Source: an uncultured virus (IMG/VR IMGVR_UViG_3300027734_000054)
Lineage: Duplodnaviria > Heunggongvirae > Uroviricota > Caudoviricetes
IMG/VR virus record: IMGVR_UViG_3300027734_000054
Direction: 5' to 3' (one strand)
DNA length: 64,000 nt
A program made the position numbers and the translations under genes. The notes beneath the pieces were generated by a model. It was not told the origin of the DNA and searched no databases. It saw nothing but the letters and a program-made list of their open reading frames with translations. Positions 52,649 through 59,766 of this stretch are shown here, piece after piece (within the stretch, counting starts at the first letter, position 1; the number at the start of each line of letters is the position of its first letter).

Positions 52649-52721
52649 TGGTACCGGCCGGAATCGAACCGGCGACACCTAGATTTTCAGTCTAGTGCTC
52701 TACCAACTGAGCTACGGTACC
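52649..52721 (-). tRNA. tRNA-Phe(GAA)
   Basis: Cloverleaf, CTAGA-CTGAAAA-TCTAG. Confidence 0.95.
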
Positions 52722-52735
52722 ATTTTTTTCCAGTA

Positions 52736-52747
52736 TGTCAAAGAACA
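52736..52747 (-). promoter_or_regulatory. boxA antitermination element, operon 1
   Basis: TGTTCTTTGACA, resembling rrn boxA, between the terminator and the first tRNA. Confidence 0.75.
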
Positions 52748-52781
52748 AAAAAAAAGGCTTTGATGTGAATCAAAGCCTTTT
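52747..52781 (-). terminator. Attenuator terminator, operon 1
   Basis: AAAAGGCTTTGAT-TCAC-ATCAAAGCC followed by T9. Confidence 0.9.
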
Positions 52782-52809
52782 CCGAAATATCTAAATATGA
52801 TTTTCTGTA

Positions 52810-52917
52810 TTAGCTTCGATCGGGTTCTTTCCCCTTTGCCCAAAACGCCACCGTTTGATAGCAGCCATTAATCTGACTGATCATGCGATTGATGTTATGT
52901 TTACTACAGTTTTTCAT
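52810..52917 (-). CDS. Leader peptide 1 (35 aa, MKNCSKHNINRMISQINGCYQTVAFWAKGKEPDRS)
   Basis: ATG just downstream of GATATATA. Codons 1-30 use only, and all of, the 16 amino acids of the downstream tRNAs. The 3' end can pair with the terminator 5' arm. Confidence 0.85.
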   Translation of the reverse strand: MKNCSKHNINRMISQINGCYQTVAFWAKGKEPDRS

Positions 52918-52998
52918 TTTTCTTTATTATATATCCTGTTTCCAGAATAGTTTCGTAAAAGTACAATATCTTTTTTAAATAAAAAAATGTTTTTCAAA

Positions 52999-53568
52999 TT
53001 ATTTCAAAAATTTTAAAACTTTTTCTTTTATTCCTGATTGCTTAATCCCTTGCATAATGCTAGGAGTGTGTACAAAGTTTGTTAATCCCCATCCAGTACC
53101 GCTTCTATTATTAGATACTTCTTTAAAGCTCATATCTAAATCATCTATTGCTACCCAATGAGTAACTCCGGAATGGGCCTTTAACCATTCTTGGATTTCT
53201 AAAGTTCTTGATGCTTCTAAATCCCAGTCTGGATGCCATTCTTGGTTTTCTGTGTAAGGATATTCTCTTGGTGTGAAATCTATAGGTTTTTTAATTATTC
53301 CTTGTTGTTCATAGTATTCTCCCATTTCCTCTATTGTTGCCCAGACCTTCCAATCTGAAGAAACAACTATTTCAGCTCCAGTCTCTTCTAGAATTAAATT
53401 TAAAACCTTTATTGCTTTCTTGTCGAAGTTATCAAATCTAGCTCCTACATGAAAACTCATTACATCCTGCGAAAGCTTTTTTCTAGCTTTAGCCTGCTTT
53501 TTGTAACGTCCTCCAAATTGTTGGGAAAGACAAATTACTCCATCATGATCTAAAAATATAATTTTCAT
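52999..53568 (-). CDS. HAD-family phosphatase (Swiss-Army-Knife RNA repair-like HAD domain)
   Basis: IIFLDHDGV, IVVSSDW, R..EI..WL and VAIDD motifs. True ATG at 53568, just after tRNA-Leu. Confidence 0.8.
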   Translation of the reverse strand: MKIIFLDHDGVICLSQQFGGRYKKQAKARKKLSQDVMSFHVGARFDNFDKKAIKVLNLILEETGAEIVVSSDWKVWATIEEMGEYYEQQGIIKKPIDFTPREYPYTENQEWHPDWDLEASRTLEIQEWLKAHSGVTHWVAIDDLDMSFKEVSNNRSGTGWGLTNFVHTPSIMQGIKQSGIKEKVLKFLK

Positions 53569-53570
53569 AG

Positions 53571-53649
53571 TACCCAGGGAGGGACTCGAACCCTCACGCT
53601 TTCGCACTAGATCCTAAATCTAGCGTGTATACCATTTCACCACCTGGGC
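53571..53649 (-). tRNA. tRNA-Leu(TAG)
   Basis: Cloverleaf, CTAGA-TTTAGGA-TCTAG, variable arm. Confidence 0.95.
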
Positions 53650-53653
53650 TTAG

Positions 53654-53726
<73 letters not shown>

Positions 53727-53731
53727 ATATA

Positions 53732-53806
53732 TGGCGGTCCCGCGGAGAATCGAACTCCGAACTCTGCCGTGACAGGGCAGCATTATAGCCGTTTAACTAC
53801 GGGACC
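53732..53806 (-). tRNA. tRNA-Asp(GTC)
   Basis: Cloverleaf, CTGCC-CTGTCAC-GGCAG, G73, CCA. Confidence 0.95.
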
Positions 53807-53817
53807 TTAATTTTTTG

Positions 53818-53889
53818 TACTGCCACGGAGAATCGAACTCCGATTTTATGGATGAAAACCATAGGTCCTAACCGTTAGACGATGGCAGC
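53818..53889 (-). tRNA. tRNA-Glu(TTC)
   Basis: Cloverleaf, TATGG-TTTTCAT-CCATA. Confidence 0.95.
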
Positions 53890-53893
53890 GTAA

Positions 53894-53905
53894 TTTCAAA
53901 GAACA
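53894..53905 (-). promoter_or_regulatory. boxA antitermination element, operon 2
   Basis: TGTTCTTTGAAA. Confidence 0.75.
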
Positions 53906-53913
53906 TATAAAAC

Positions 53914-53942
53914 AAAAAAACCTCTGAGGTTATCAGAGGTTT
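53914..53942 (-). terminator. Attenuator terminator, operon 2
   Basis: AAACCTCTGA-TAACC-TCAGAGG followed by T7. Confidence 0.9.
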
Positions 53943-53963
53943 AAATTATATCGTTATATAAAT

Positions 53964-54053
53964 TTATTTCCTCTGACACTTAATTGTATCCTCTAGAAGG
54001 TCATCTTCTTTATGAAGTTGAAAATCTATTGCGATATTTAAAAAGTGTTTCAT
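53964..54053 (-). CDS. Leader peptide 2 (29 aa, MKHFLNIAIDFQLHKEDDLLEDTIKCQRK)
   Basis: Run GAA GAT GAC CTT CTA GAG GAT matches the downstream Glu/Asp/Leu(TAG) tRNAs. TGTCAGAGG can pair with the terminator 5' arm. Confidence 0.85.
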   Translation of the reverse strand: MKHFLNIAIDFQLHKEDDLLEDTIKCQRK

Positions 54054-54192
54054 TGAAAGCTTTGTTCTTTTTTTATTATATACCTCAAAAGTACAAAAAA
54101 GTTTCTATTAAAAAAAATAAAAATGTGAAATCATCTGGAATTATCTATATTTCTGATCTATATTTGAATCTGTAACAATAATACAATGATCT

Positions 54193-54705
54193 ATGAAAAA
54201 TCTAAAATTAGCATTTATTTTCCTATTCATACTAGGAACAAGTGTAACCGCTTTATCGCAGAATGAAGGCATAGAATCTTTCAACAACACAATGGCTGGA
54301 GCTAGCAAATTGAGAGGCGATGCTTACTATCCATTTTACGATCAACCGGAACTAAGAGGTAAATTCTTAAGCGTAGTAGGGAATCCTAAGCTATGGAAAA
54401 AATTTATTACTAAGAAGGATGAAAGCTATATTGGAGTTTTTGCTCCCGGTGTGGAATGGGATCTTTATACAGAAGACGATATGCTATATGAGCCAATTAT
54501 GATAAAGAGCACAGTAGATTCATATTACGATAGTTTCCTTAAACAGGTAAGATACGACAGATATGAATATGAGGTTCAAACTCAGGACGATGGAACTGTC
54601 CAAGAGATTTATACTCTATTCAAAGATGGCGTATTCTATAGAGAATATATGGTTGGATGGCATTATAACAAGATATGCTCCATATCTGAATATAAAGAGC
54701 AATAA
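54193..54705 (+). CDS. Hypothetical exported protein
   Basis: N-terminal signal peptide MKNLKLAFIFLFILGTSVTALS-Q. Confidence 0.75.
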   Translation: MKNLKLAFIFLFILGTSVTALSQNEGIESFNNTMAGASKLRGDAYYPFYDQPELRGKFLSVVGNPKLWKKFITKKDESYIGVFAPGVEWDLYTEDDMLYEPIMIKSTVDSYYDSFLKQVRYDRYEYEVQTQDDGTVQEIYTLFKDGVFYREYMVGWHYNKICSISEYKEQ

Positions 54706-54733
54706 AAAAAGCCAGCTATATAGCTGGCTTTTT
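54704..54733. terminator. Bidirectional intrinsic terminator
   Basis: A7-GCCAGCTA-TA-TAGCTGGC-T5 between convergent genes. Confidence 0.85.
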
Positions 54734-54752
54734 AGTTTAATGTTTCACACCC

Positions 54753-55448
54753 TTATGCTTTTTTAGGGGAAAGAGCAGCATAACTTTTTGGAAATTCTTC
54801 TACGAATGATTTCATTCCTGGATCTTGTTTAGTTCCGCTATCACCAAACTGTTTGGCCATTTTAGGAATGAATCCTTTTATTGTAATTTCTTTACTGATC
54901 TTCTTCGCGAATTTTTTAAATGTATCAGTTACCGTAGTATTATAAGTAGGAGACAATAGAAGAGTAGTTATAACTTTTGCTAGATTTGTGCCTGCAGTAG
55001 AATCGATGCAAATACCGGATCTTTCCATAAAATTTGCAAGTAGATCTATAGAATTTGAAGCATTATATAATTGACCGCTGGATTTATCTGCGTCAAAATC
55101 TTCCATTTTAGTAATTGCTGCAGGATACCTATCATCCCCATCGACTCTTTCATATATGTAAGCGTATGATTTTCCCTGCTTTAATTCAGGGGGAGTCTTC
55201 TTATCAGCATAATTAGAGGAAGGAAAGTAAATTGATACACTTTTAGGACTTTCACCACCTTTACTAAAGCCAATAATTGTGTCATTACTATTTGTATCAA
55301 CCGTCATTATATTAGCTTTCATGTTACCTAGCTTATCAGATCTATCGGTACCCAAATTATAAGGTACACCTGGTACGATATCGGATTCGTTAATAGGATT
55401 GTAATATTGATTTTCTAGAATAAAATCGTTGAATCTTTTAATTTTCAT
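54753..55448 (-). CDS. Hypothetical protein with capsid-targeting-like N-terminus
   Basis: MKIKRFNDFILEN. Confidence 0.7.
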   Translation of the reverse strand: MKIKRFNDFILENQYYNPINESDIVPGVPYNLGTDRSDKLGNMKANIMTVDTNSNDTIIGFSKGGESPKSVSIYFPSSNYADKKTPPELKQGKSYAYIYERVDGDDRYPAAITKMEDFDADKSSGQLYNASNSIDLLANFMERSGICIDSTAGTNLAKVITTLLLSPTYNTTVTDTFKKFAKKISKEITIKGFIPKMAKQFGDSGTKQDPGMKSFVEEFPKSYAALSPKKA

Positions 55449-55466
55449 TTTTTTATATTTAATTTT

Positions 55467-55745
55467 TTACATGCTCCAAGCTGGATTAGCTACAATTAAC
55501 ATATCTCCTTCTACTCTTGGTATTTGTTTAGTTGAATAAGCATCATCATATTGAATTTGCTCTGGATAAAATTTTTGTCCCTGGAACATGATATAGTTTT
55601 CTTCGTCCTTACCCCTGTGGCTCCATCCTTGACCTCTAAGAGAATCGTGAGCAGCATCGTCAACTGTGGGTTTTCCGAAAAGTGAATCCCAAAATCCTTC
55701 GTTAATTTTGGAATTGTTATCTTGATATTTTTTAAGGTGTTTCAT
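55467..55745 (-). CDS. Hypothetical protein with capsid-targeting-like N-terminus
   Basis: MKHLKKY...INEG, preceded by GATATATA. Confidence 0.7.
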   Translation of the reverse strand: MKHLKKYQDNNSKINEGFWDSLFGKPTVDDAAHDSLRGQGWSHRGKDEENYIMFQGQKFYPEQIQYDDAYSTKQIPRVEGDMLIVANPAWSM

Positions 55746-55779
55746 TTCTTTTTTTTATTTAATCTATATATCTAATATT

Positions 55780-56622
55780 TTATCCACTATAAGGCATTCC
55801 TTCTCCATCTTCAATAGTGATCTCAGAATACATACCAGTTACTATATTAATTAGCTTGTTAATAGTGTCTAATCTTTTATATTCAACATCTAAATTTAAT
55901 TTTTCAGCATGAGATAATCCTGGTAGTAATGTCCCTTCTTGAAACTCAAGTAAGCGTGTAATTACTTGTGAAAATGAAGCAGGCTCATATACAGCACTTA
56001 TTGGTAATTCTAAGTCTGTAGTACTGGCTAATAATTCAGAATCGTATCTTTTTTTAATCAAAAGATAGCTCTCCTCAGCTGTTTTTAAAGTTGAACGAAG
56101 TTGTACAAAGTCAACGATATTATTTCCCGCCGACTCCAGATATATGTCGTCATTGTATTCTGAGTAATTGATTGAATCAAATTGTAAATATTTAGAAACA
56201 GTCCATTCAACTAATATATTATCTGAAGTAATTGAAGAAGCATATATTTCACTTTTTGGTACTTCGATAACAATTTTAAGTGCTATTGTATACTTTTGAT
56301 AATAGTTTTGGTAGAATCTATATGCTTCAGTAGAAAGAAAAGTTTTATCTAAGTTAATAACAGCTTGTCCTTGTTCATTTACCCTTGAGGACTGTTTTGA
56401 TAAATAATCAGTTGAATCTATTATACTAGGTGTTTTAGAATTAAGTACTGGTTCCGCTTCATTTAAACCACTCCTAGATAATAAAGCTACCAACCCAACC
56501 ATAACAGTTACACCTGTCTCTGGGTTAGCAGGTTGTGTGGTAGTGCTACCGTATTCATCAGTTACATCAATTACAAAATTAATTAATAACTCATTGTATT
56601 CATTTAATTTATACTCTTCCAT
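55780..56622 (-). CDS. Hypothetical protein
   Basis: 280-aa ORF. Confidence 0.7.
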   Translation of the reverse strand: MEEYKLNEYNELLINFVIDVTDEYGSTTTQPANPETGVTVMVGLVALLSRSGLNEAEPVLNSKTPSIIDSTDYLSKQSSRVNEQGQAVINLDKTFLSTEAYRFYQNYYQKYTIALKIVIEVPKSEIYASSITSDNILVEWTVSKYLQFDSINYSEYNDDIYLESAGNNIVDFVQLRSTLKTAEESYLLIKKRYDSELLASTTDLELPISAVYEPASFSQVITRLLEFQEGTLLPGLSHAEKLNLDVEYKRLDTINKLINIVTGMYSEITIEDGEGMPYSG

Positions 56623-56725
56623 TATTTTATTAAGTTATAATACTCCTTAAAGTGATCTATTCTATCAGGTACCCCAATAATATCTTCCAAGGTTTTTTAT
56701 CCATTCTATATATCTAATTATCCAA

Positions 56726-57577
56726 TTAGAATCCATTAGTTGATGTATTATAGAAAACCAATCCAGTTACATTAGTCGTTTTAGTAATAGTAGGAGTTGA
56801 GTAATTAAATGTCATTACGTCACCACCACTCAACTCTCCAAATTGTATTCTTATAGGATAATAAACACCCGAAGTTAAAGCGATTGTCCCAGATTTTTCG
56901 ATTGTACCGTGTAATCCACCGTTATTAACTGTTGAGTTTGTTGTAGTGAATCCACTAACAGCATTACTACCAACCCAAACATAGGAGGCATCATCAGATG
57001 AAGTAAAGAATGTGTAGGTTTCTGTGGTGGTTGGTTTGAAATATCCTAACCATTGACAACTGAAATTTTCTCCATCATTCTGAGAAGGTTCAAATATAGA
57101 AGTGGTTTGTACTGATGTTGCCGGATTTCCACCTACCGATGCGGGAGTCGCAGTTGCAAAGAAACTAACATTATCAGCAAAATACCCAGAGTAAGTCGTC
57201 TTATATAAACCTGCAAGATATGGATTTCTGTTAGTCCAATAGTTATTTGCTGTTAACCAATCATTAGCTGCTGAAGCAGATGCTTGTGTAGTACCGCTTA
57301 TTATTTGTACTGTAATTCGAAAAGCTTCATCTGTATTAGTACATCCCCAGAATTGTACAGTGCCTATATTACCTACTTGAGTTGGAAAGTTTCCAGAGGG
57401 TACATCTTTAGCTATTATATAAGAATTATCCTCGTCTGGACCCATCCACCAAGTTAATCCCCCGGGTTTTGCACCATAGTTTAAAGCAGATACACCTACA
57501 CATAATGTACCTACGTTTGTAGTTCCTGAAATTGTTGCTTGTGTTGGATTATATGCGAAAGGTCTTGATGTTGGCAT
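56726..57577 (-). CDS. PA14-domain protein (putative virion carbohydrate-binding)
   Basis: NFS.QW.GYF.P...TYTF...SDD.S.VW, G.YYPIRIQFGE..GG. ATG at 57577 follows GATATATA. Confidence 0.8.
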   Translation of the reverse strand: MPTSRPFAYNPTQATISGTTNVGTLCVGVSALNYGAKPGGLTWWMGPDEDNSYIIAKDVPSGNFPTQVGNIGTVQFWGCTNTDEAFRITVQIISGTTQASASAANDWLTANNYWTNRNPYLAGLYKTTYSGYFADNVSFFATATPASVGGNPATSVQTTSIFEPSQNDGENFSCQWLGYFKPTTTETYTFFTSSDDASYVWVGSNAVSGFTTTNSTVNNGGLHGTIEKSGTIALTSGVYYPIRIQFGELSGGDVMTFNYSTPTITKTTNVTGLVFYNTSTNGF

Positions 57578-57599
57578 ATAGTATATATCAACAAAAAAG

Positions 57600-57704
57600 T
57601 ACAAGAGATTGGACTTGCACCAATATGAACTTTCATTCTCGGGTAGATTACCCTAGCGTCTATCTATCGGATCATTGCAATGATCACACTTCCGCCACTC
57701 TTAT
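57600..57704 (-). ncRNA. tRNA-like RNA with D-loop hairpin insertion and no canonical anticodon loop
   Basis: Acceptor ATAAGAG/CTCTTGT-A; TGGCGGAA...AGACGC D arm with an inserted GATCATT/AATGATC hairpin; GGGTA-ATC-TACCC; T arm ATTGG-TGCAAGT-CCAAT. Confidence 0.7.
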
Positions 57705-57709
57705 ATATG

Positions 57710-57793
57710 TACCCGGGACGGGAATCGAACCCGTACAACCAAATGGTTACAGCATTTTAAGTGCTGCGTGACTACCAATTCCACCACCCGGGC
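57710..57793 (-). tRNA. tRNA-Leu(TAA)
   Basis: Cloverleaf, CAGCA-CTTAAAA-TGCTG, variable arm. Confidence 0.95.
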
Positions 57794-57809
57794 GAATGTG
57801 TAATTTTTG

Positions 57810-57883
57810 TGGTCCCTCACGGGCTCGAACCGTGGACCTACTGATTATGAGTCAGTTGCTCTAACCTACTGAGCTAAAGGACC
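57810..57883 (-). tRNA. tRNA-Ile2(CAT), lysidine type reading ATA
   Basis: GGTCCTTTAGCTCAG...GACTCATAATC resembles bacterial Ile2. Separate Met and fMet tRNAs are present elsewhere. Confidence 0.8.
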
Positions 57884-57887
57884 TAAG

Positions 57888-57961
57888 TAGAGACTATGGG
57901 AGTCGAACCCATGACCGCATGCGTATAAGGCATGTGCTCTAACCAATTGAGCTAAGCCTCT
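57888..57961 (-). tRNA. tRNA-Ile(TAT)
   Basis: Cloverleaf, CATGC-CTTATAC-GCATG, A73. Confidence 0.9.
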
Positions 57962-57969
57962 TGGGGCTG

Positions 57970-58042
57970 TCGGGATACCAGGACTCGAACCTGGGGCCTC
58001 CTGGTCCCAAACCAGGCGATCTACCAACTGATCTACATCCCG
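57970..58042 (-). tRNA. tRNA-Pro(TGG)
   Basis: C1:G72, CCTGG-TTTGGGA-CCAGG. Confidence 0.95.
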
Positions 58043-58045
58043 AAA

Positions 58046-58204
58046 TTGTATGTCTTTAAATATCCCCAGAACATACAAACTGTGCTAACCCACGATTTAG
58101 AGAATAAGTGTGCATATCATTAAAGAATACCGAAATATTCTAACTGTCTACGTTGTAGAGGCATATTCTATCTTCGATCCATACCCAGCGCTAGGCAGAG
58201 GGCT
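58046..58204 (-). ncRNA. Unassigned structured RNA within tRNA operon 3
   Basis: Nested helices: AGCCC/GGGTT, TGCCTAG/CTGGGTA, AGAATA/TATTCT, TCTAC/GTAGA, AGAATAT-TTCG-GTATTCT, TTGTATGT/ACATACAA. Confidence 0.55.
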
Positions 58205-58217
58205 TTTTATTTTTTAG

Positions 58218-58289
58218 TACCCCCGGCGGGAATCGAACCCACATTGACGGTTTAGAAAACCGCTGTTCTATCCGTTGAACTACGGAGGC
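58218..58289 (-). tRNA. tRNA-Arg(TCT)
   Basis: Cloverleaf, GCGGT-TTTCTAA-ACCGT. Confidence 0.95.
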
Positions 58290-58292
58290 AAT

Positions 58293-58382
58293 TGGAGGAG
58301 AGTGAGGGATTCGAACCCCCGGTAGCTTTCACTACGTCAGTTTTCAAGACTGGTGCATTAAACCGGGCTCTGCCAACTCTCC
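58293..58382 (-). tRNA. tRNA-Ser(TGA)
   Basis: Cloverleaf, loop CTTGAAA, long variable arm, CCA. Confidence 0.95.
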
Positions 58383-58399
58383 AATTTGATAATCCAACA

Positions 58400-58411
58400 T
58401 GTCAAAGAACA
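58400..58411 (-). promoter_or_regulatory. boxA antitermination element, operon 3
   Basis: TGTTCTTTGACA. Confidence 0.75.
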
Positions 58412-58412
58412 C

Positions 58413-58445
58413 AAAAAAACCGGGACTTTTTGAAGGTCCCGGTTT
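58413..58445 (-). terminator. Attenuator terminator, operon 3
   Basis: AAACCGGGAC-CTTCAAAAA-GTCCCGG followed by T7. Confidence 0.9.
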
Positions 58446-58478
58446 AGTTAATGATTATTTTTTATTAACACAGGACCT

Positions 58479-58538
58479 TTAGGATCGTCTTATCGACGGT
58501 CTTAATATTGAAGGTGATATGTTAAATATTGTTTTCAT
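58479..58538 (-). CDS. Leader peptide 3 (19 aa, MKTIFNISPSILRPSIRRS)
   Basis: Run ATA TCA CCT TCA ATA TTA AGA CCG TCG ATA AGA matches the downstream Ile(ATA)/Ser(TGA)/Pro/Leu(TAA)/Arg(TCT) tRNAs. AAGGTCCTG can pair with the terminator 5' arm. Confidence 0.88.
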   Translation of the reverse strand: MKTIFNISPSILRPSIRRS

Positions 58539-58588
58539 TTGAACTTTATATATCGTATTTGTTGTTTTGTTTCACAAATATAGATATT

Positions 58589-58870
58589 TTATCTTATATA
58601 AAAAAATGATTTTCTGAAATCTTGAAGATTTATTTTTTTAGACTTACCTAAGTAAGAAGCGATATCTTCTGCAGTCTCTTCATCTTCGAGATCACATAGT
58701 ATGTAGAAATCTGCATCATCTCTAAAATCTATTTTAGATTCTGTATAGAAAAATACATCATCAGATTCTTCTCCTTGATTTGGATCTGAAAAATCTGATT
58801 CTAAATATTCGCAGATCTCTTCTTCCTCAAATTTAAATTCTTCGTATCCTGTATAGACTTTAATTGACAT
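58589..58870 (-). CDS. Hypothetical acidic protein
   Basis: 93-aa ORF. Confidence 0.65.
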   Translation of the reverse strand: MSIKVYTGYEEFKFEEEEICEYLESDFSDPNQGEESDDVFFYTESKIDFRDDADFYILCDLEDEETAEDIASYLGKSKKINLQDFRKSFFYIR

Positions 58871-58872
58871 AA

Positions 58873-59223
58873 TTAGATTTCTTCTACTAATACTTTTTTA
58901 AGTTCGTATGCGCCGTCCTGTCCAGGTACTTCATCATAATATCCAACGATTGAATATCTTCTTCCGTCAGAGCTTGAATCTTCTATCATCTCGATATTGC
59001 TTACCATTGAACTTCCAACGTATTCTGGTTCAGAAGCGCCAGCAATTTCTATTGTTGTATCTTCCCCGTCTGCATTTTGAAAGTTAACAATGTAATTACC
59101 TTCGCTATTTCCGTCGGTAGGTCTAAAATCTGTAGTTTCTGCTTCAAAATGAACATCACTCATAGTGTCTTCCATAGGCATAGCCTCAGTGGAATATTGT
59201 TCGTAAATTCTTAGATATTTCAT
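58873..59223 (-). CDS. Hypothetical acidic protein with capsid-targeting-like N-terminus
   Basis: MKYLRIYEQY, preceded by GATATATA. Confidence 0.7.
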   Translation of the reverse strand: MKYLRIYEQYSTEAMPMEDTMSDVHFEAETTDFRPTDGNSEGNYIVNFQNADGEDTTIEIAGASEPEYVGSSMVSNIEMIEDSSSDGRRYSIVGYYDEVPGQDGAYELKKVLVEEI

Positions 59224-59249
59224 CTTTTTTTTTATTTTATATATCCTTA

Positions 59250-59396
59250 TTATTTACCTTGACCAACGTAAGCTTTCTTGTAGTTCTTAGAATTCTTACT
59301 TACACTACTTTTACACTTGGAATGAATTCCTGGTCTTTTTTTCTTAGAGCTGCGCTTGTGGTTCTTGCTAGAATCTGTAGTTTTAGGTTTAGCCAT
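59250..59396 (-). CDS. Small basic protein (48 aa) ending YKKAYVGQGK
   Basis: ATG with an A-rich upstream region. Fills the gap between co-oriented genes. Below the ORF-track length cut-off. Confidence 0.7.
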   Translation of the reverse strand: MAKPKTTDSSKNHKRSSKKKRPGIHSKCKSSVSKNSKNYKKAYVGQGK

Positions 59397-59405
59397 TTTT
59401 TATTT

Positions 59406-59684
59406 TTATTTGAGCTTAGCTGGGGTATCTTTTTTAGAGATGAATCCTCCTTTGTTAAACATATTTTGGTTTACAGTAAATCTTTTTGAGTTTTGATTTA
59501 GGTTCTGTAGGGTGATAATAGTATCAGATACTTCATAAACTTCACAAGGAGCTCCCATATAAACTAATTTGTCACCTACTGATAAATTTGAAAATGGAAA
59601 TTCTTCTCCGTATCCTTTTAATATATTAGAACCAGAAGTATAAACCTCGTAACTGTGATTCTCAAATGTCTTTAAATTTTTCAT
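59406..59684 (-). CDS. Hypothetical protein with capsid-targeting-like N-terminus
   Basis: MKNLKTFENH. ATG at 59684 preferred because the longer start overlaps a terminator. Confidence 0.65.
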   Translation of the reverse strand: MKNLKTFENHSYEVYTSGSNILKGYGEEFPFSNLSVGDKLVYMGAPCEVYEVSDTIITLQNLNQNSKRFTVNQNMFNKGGFISKKDTPAKLK

Positions 59685-59721
59685 ACAAGTATATTTATCC
59701 AATATCTTACTAGAAACCCAC

Positions 59722-59750
59722 AAAAAAATCCCTAGCATTGCTAGGGATTT
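59722..59750 (-). terminator. Intrinsic terminator after Ro60 gene
   Basis: AAATCCCTAGC-AAT-GCTAGGGA followed by T7. Confidence 0.85.
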
Positions 59751-59766
59751 AAAATAATGGTTTTAT

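Noticed and set aside
53984..54175. 63-aa plus-strand ORF
   Set aside because: It is antisense to leader peptide 2 and its promoter, and has a weak TTG start.
58087..58217. Theta/HDV-like ribozyme after tRNA-Arg
   Set aside because: It does not abut the tRNA 3' end, and no nested double-pseudoknot consensus could be fitted by eye.
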